In this document: positions 29,626 through 32,000 of the stretch, one piece after another
Layout: each line of letters begins with the position of its first letter
How positions within the stretch are numbered: the stretch's first letter is position 1
Assembly (NCBI RefSeq): GCF_009557235.1
Contig: NZ_CP045650.1
Span: 1,230,001 to 1,262,000, forward strand
Direction of reading: 5' to 3'
Source: Acinetobacter wanghuae
Lineage (GTDB): Bacteria > Pseudomonadota > Gammaproteobacteria > Pseudomonadales > Moraxellaceae
Length of the DNA: 32,000 bases
The notes under the pieces: model-generated
What the model was told of the DNA's origin: nothing
What the model saw: only the letters and a program-made list of their open reading frames with translations
The model's database searches: none
Translations under genes and position numbers: made by a program

Positions 29626-30114
29626 ATGATGACAGAGTCGAATTTGCCTACATTCACTAAACCTGAATTGCCAATGAATATTCAACAAATTCGTGAATAT
29701 TTACCTCATCGCTATCCATTTTTATTGGTTGACCGCGTGGTTGATATTACTGAAAATGGGATTGTTGGCTATAAAAATGTCTCAATTAATGAAGAGTTTC
29801 TACAAGGACATTTCCCGAATTATCCAATTATGCCGGGTGTGTTAATTGTGGAAGCGCTTGCACAGGTGGCAGGGATTTTAGGTTTTGTCATGAACAATGA
29901 GCGTCCGAATGATGGTTCATTGTTCTTGTTTGCTGGTGCAGAGCGGGTAAGATTTAAAAAACAAGTGGTTGCAGGCGACCAATTGGTATTAAAAGCAGAA
30001 TTAGTGATGCAAAAGCGTGGCATTTACAAATATAATTGTATTGCCACAGTAGATGGCATAGTCGCAACAACCGCGGAAATTATGGTTTCGCATCAAAAAA
30101 TCGAGCAGGCATGA
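29626..30114 (+). CDS. fabZ: 3-hydroxyacyl-ACP dehydratase
   Basis: 162 aa with LPHRYPFLLVDRV and GHFPNYPIMPGVLIVEALAQ hotdog-fold motifs. Confidence 0.93.
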   Translation: MMTESNLPTFTKPELPMNIQQIREYLPHRYPFLLVDRVVDITENGIVGYKNVSINEEFLQGHFPNYPIMPGVLIVEALAQVAGILGFVMNNERPNDGSLFLFAGAERVRFKKQVVAGDQLVLKAELVMQKRGIYKYNCIATVDGIVATTAEIMVSHQKIEQA

Positions 30115-30899
30115 TCACAGACACCCTAATCCATTCCACTGCCATCATTGATGCATCGGCAGATATTGCTTCTGATGTACAAATTGGACCTTATTGTATT
30201 ATTGGCCCAAATGTCACAATTGGTGCGGGTACAAAACTCCACTCACATGTTGTCGTAGGTGGTTATACGCGTATTGGAAAGAATAACGAAATTTTTCAAT
30301 TCGCAAGTATTGGTGAAGTGTGCCAAGATTTAAAATATGCAGGTGAGGAAACATGGCTCGAAATTGGTGATCATAACCAAATTCGTGAACATTGTAGCTT
30401 GCATCGCGGTACAGTGCAGGATCAAGGTCTAACCAAAATTGGTAGTCATAATTTATTGATGGTCAATACCCATATTGCGCACGACTGTGTGGTGGGAGAT
30501 CACAATATCTTTGCCAATAATGTCGGTGTAGCAGGTCATGTACATGTCGGTGATTATGTGGTTGTGGGTGGTAATTCAGGCATTCACCAATTCTGTAAGA
30601 TCGATTCTTATAGCATGATTGGTGGTGCATCACTGATTCTTAAAGATGTCCCTGCTTATGTGATGGTATCGGGTAATCCTGCCCACGCGTTTGCAATGAA
30701 TGTGGAAGGTATGCGTCGTAAAGGTTGGTCTAAGAATGTGATCCAAGGCTTACGTGATGCGTTTAAATTGATTTATAAGTCAGGTTTAACCACACAACAA
30801 GCGATTGAACAGATTCGTGCTGACATTTTGCCTGAAGTGGCAGAAGTAAAGCTTTTAATTGACTCTTTAGAGCAATCGAAACGCGGCATTGTGCGTTAA
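30111..30899 (+). CDS. lpxA: UDP-N-acetylglucosamine O-acyltransferase
   Basis: 262 aa from ATG 30111 (MITDTLIHSTAIID), overlapping the fabZ stop as ATGA. Hexapeptide repeats. The track ORF begins 25 codons earlier inside fabZ, which I reject. Confidence 0.93.
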   Translation: MITDTLIHSTAIIDASADIASDVQIGPYCIIGPNVTIGAGTKLHSHVVVGGYTRIGKNNEIFQFASIGEVCQDLKYAGEETWLEIGDHNQIREHCSLHRGTVQDQGLTKIGSHNLLMVNTHIAHDCVVGDHNIFANNVGVAGHVHVGDYVVVGGNSGIHQFCKIDSYSMIGGASLILKDVPAYVMVSGNPAHAFAMNVEGMRRKGWSKNVIQGLRDAFKLIYKSGLTTQQAIEQIRADILPEVAEVKLLIDSLEQSKRGIVR

Positions 30900-30910
30900 G
30901 CTTGTGATAT

Positions 30911-30939
30911 AAAAAAAGACACCAAAGGTGTCTTTTTTT
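30911..30939. terminator. bidirectional rho-independent terminator (lpxA / cpoB)
   Basis: Stem AGACACC (30917-30923) / GGTGTCT (30927-30933) with a 3-nt loop, A6 upstream and T6 downstream. Confidence 0.85.
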
Positions 30940-30964
30940 ATGCCTAATTTTTATGCCTAAAATC

Positions 30965-31838
30965 TTATTGGAAGTATTTTGCTTCTTCAGATTGAGGATA
31001 TTTTGCCAAGAGTTTGGTTTTGTACTGCGCGGCAATCGTCGCTTTATTTTCTACATCTTTAGCAATGTTATATAACTGATAAACGGAACGTGCGGCACGC
31101 GCAGAATCTGGATAACGGTCCGCCACAATTGCATAGTTTTTCTTGGCTTCTGTGAAGTTTGGCGGTTCAATCCCAAGATTAAACTCTGCTAACCAAAAAT
31201 AGGCATTGCTGATATAAATGCTATTTGGGTTGTTTTTGATAAAGGTCTGCATTGGTGCAATGGCTTTTGCTGCACCACCTTTTTTATAAGCGTCCAATGC
31301 CACCGTATACGCCGCTTTTTCTTTCTCAGCGGCAGATAATGTAGGTGCAGCATCAGTTGAGCTATTTGGTGCTTTAGTCGTTTCTACATGCGATTTTTCT
31401 GTAATTGTCTTATCAGAAACCGTGGGCACTGCTTTAGGCGCTGGGTGCAGTATCCTGTTGGTTATCCTCCTCAGGTGTTGATTCTTCAGGCTCGATTTTT
31501 TGTTGTAATAACTCTAAACGCTGATCCAAATCGGCATAACGATTGGTGAGTTCATTCTTAAGAGATTGAATTTCGTTGTCTTGTTCTTCCATTTTTCCGC
31601 GCAGCACACGAATATCATTTTCAAGTTGTTGGTTTTTTTGTAGCAACTGCCAATTCAGATTGGTTTGAACTGGGGTGTCGTTGCCAGTCGAGATCGCCGG
31701 TAATGTACTGACAGGTGCTGGCGTTGATGCTTGGCTTAAACCGCGTGATTCAATCGGAACATTGGCGAATAAAGAGGGTGTAGTTAAGGCGAGGGCGATA
31801 CACAAAACATGCTTTTTCAACATTGTCATGGATTCCAT
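30965..31838 (-). pseudogene. cpoB: Tol-Pal associated cell-division coordinator CpoB (YbgF), interrupted by a frame change in the linker
   Basis: ORF 31434-31838 has a signal peptide (LALTTPSLFA) plus coiled coil (QQLENDIRVLRGKMEEQDNEIQSLKNEL), matching the YbgF N-terminal domain. ORF 30965-31429 is the TPR-type C-terminal domain (YFWLAEFNL, ADRYPDSARAARSVYQL). A TAA at 31436-31434 ends the first ORF. The second lies in the +1 frame and has only a GTG with no SD and no signal peptide. Confidence 0.6.
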
Positions 31839-32000
31839 ATGGTGTCTTGTTAACGTGCATACATGCCGTCAAACGCAAGATTTATTTATAAATGTATTGG
31901 ACACATTAAAAACGTCATGCTGTGGAATTGCAACATCCTTTTACAAAGATAAGCTGAATTTTTAGGGGCTAAAATTAGAATTTTCTAGCTAAATGTGATG

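Noticed and set aside
30938-30960. Short direct repeat TTATGCCTAA x2 after the lpxA terminator, and ATAGCAATTT x2 at 4781-4809.
   Set aside because: These are 10-bp repeats in AT-rich spacer with no associated ORF, inverted repeats or target-site-duplication context. They are most likely chance or slippage products.
31425-31475. Programmed +1 ribosomal frameshift in cpoB (stop codon in the zero frame, AGGAGG upstream).
   Set aside because: The AGGAGG lies about 30 nt upstream of the stop, whereas the prfB-type site needs about 3 nt. The P-site codon GCC cannot re-pair in the +1 frame (CCU). No known example exists for this family. A mutation or a sequencing error is far more likely.
1-32000. 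CRISPR arrays, IS elements, integrases, prophage genes, toxin-antitoxin pairs, restriction-modification or other defence modules.
   Set aside because: There are no regularly spaced repeats, no transposase-, integrase- or phage-like ORFs, and no small overlapping two-gene cassettes. Every ORF above 100 aa that I accept is either a recognisable housekeeping or transport gene or a stand-alone orphan.

Overview
The window reads as a conserved core chromosomal segment of an AT-rich gammaproteobacterium. Gene order and protein sequences look Moraxellaceae/Acinetobacter-like, but that is a judgement from memory, not a search. About 30 genes are tightly packed and nearly all are recognisable housekeeping functions.

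Gene content, left to right:
- metQ-metN-metI methionine ABC importer (minus strand).
- A very AT-rich stretch (3003-4867) holding a GNAT acetyltransferase and an orphan secreted protein.
- purD, purH and fis (minus).
- A zinc-ribbon/DUF3426-like membrane protein and prmA (minus).
- Two tandem BASS-family transporter paralogs and a small Cys-containing secreted protein (minus).
- mnmG, then a small acidic CxxC protein (plus).
- ntrC/ntrB (minus).
- rimO, then the envelope/isoprenoid supercluster pyrH-frr-uppS-cdsA-dxr-rseP-bamA-skp-lpxD-fabZ-lpxA (plus).
- A convergent cpoB (ybgF) that is interrupted.

I see no rRNA, tRNA, CRISPR array, transposase, integrase, phage gene or recognisable defence or toxin module. 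Ten intergenic hairpins look like terminators, seven of them hairpin-plus-T-run rho-independent types and three weaker; there is also one REP-like palindrome.

I do not find a convincing undescribed multi-gene system here. The leads worth a second look are modest:
1. cpoB is split by a frame change in its inter-domain linker.
2. The 400-bp region upstream of fis has phased A-tracts, an extended -10 with a GC-rich discriminator, and a structured roughly 300-nt leader with a 33-codon uORF. dusB sits at this position in other gammaproteobacteria.
3. A roughly 50-codon Cys-pair segment of bamA contains the gene's only AGR arginine codons.
4. The AT-rich stretch between metQ and purD.
5. The tandem BASS paralogs with their adjacent secreted protein.
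6. Three orphan small proteins.

All coordinates and motifs were read by eye. No database search or folding calculation was run.
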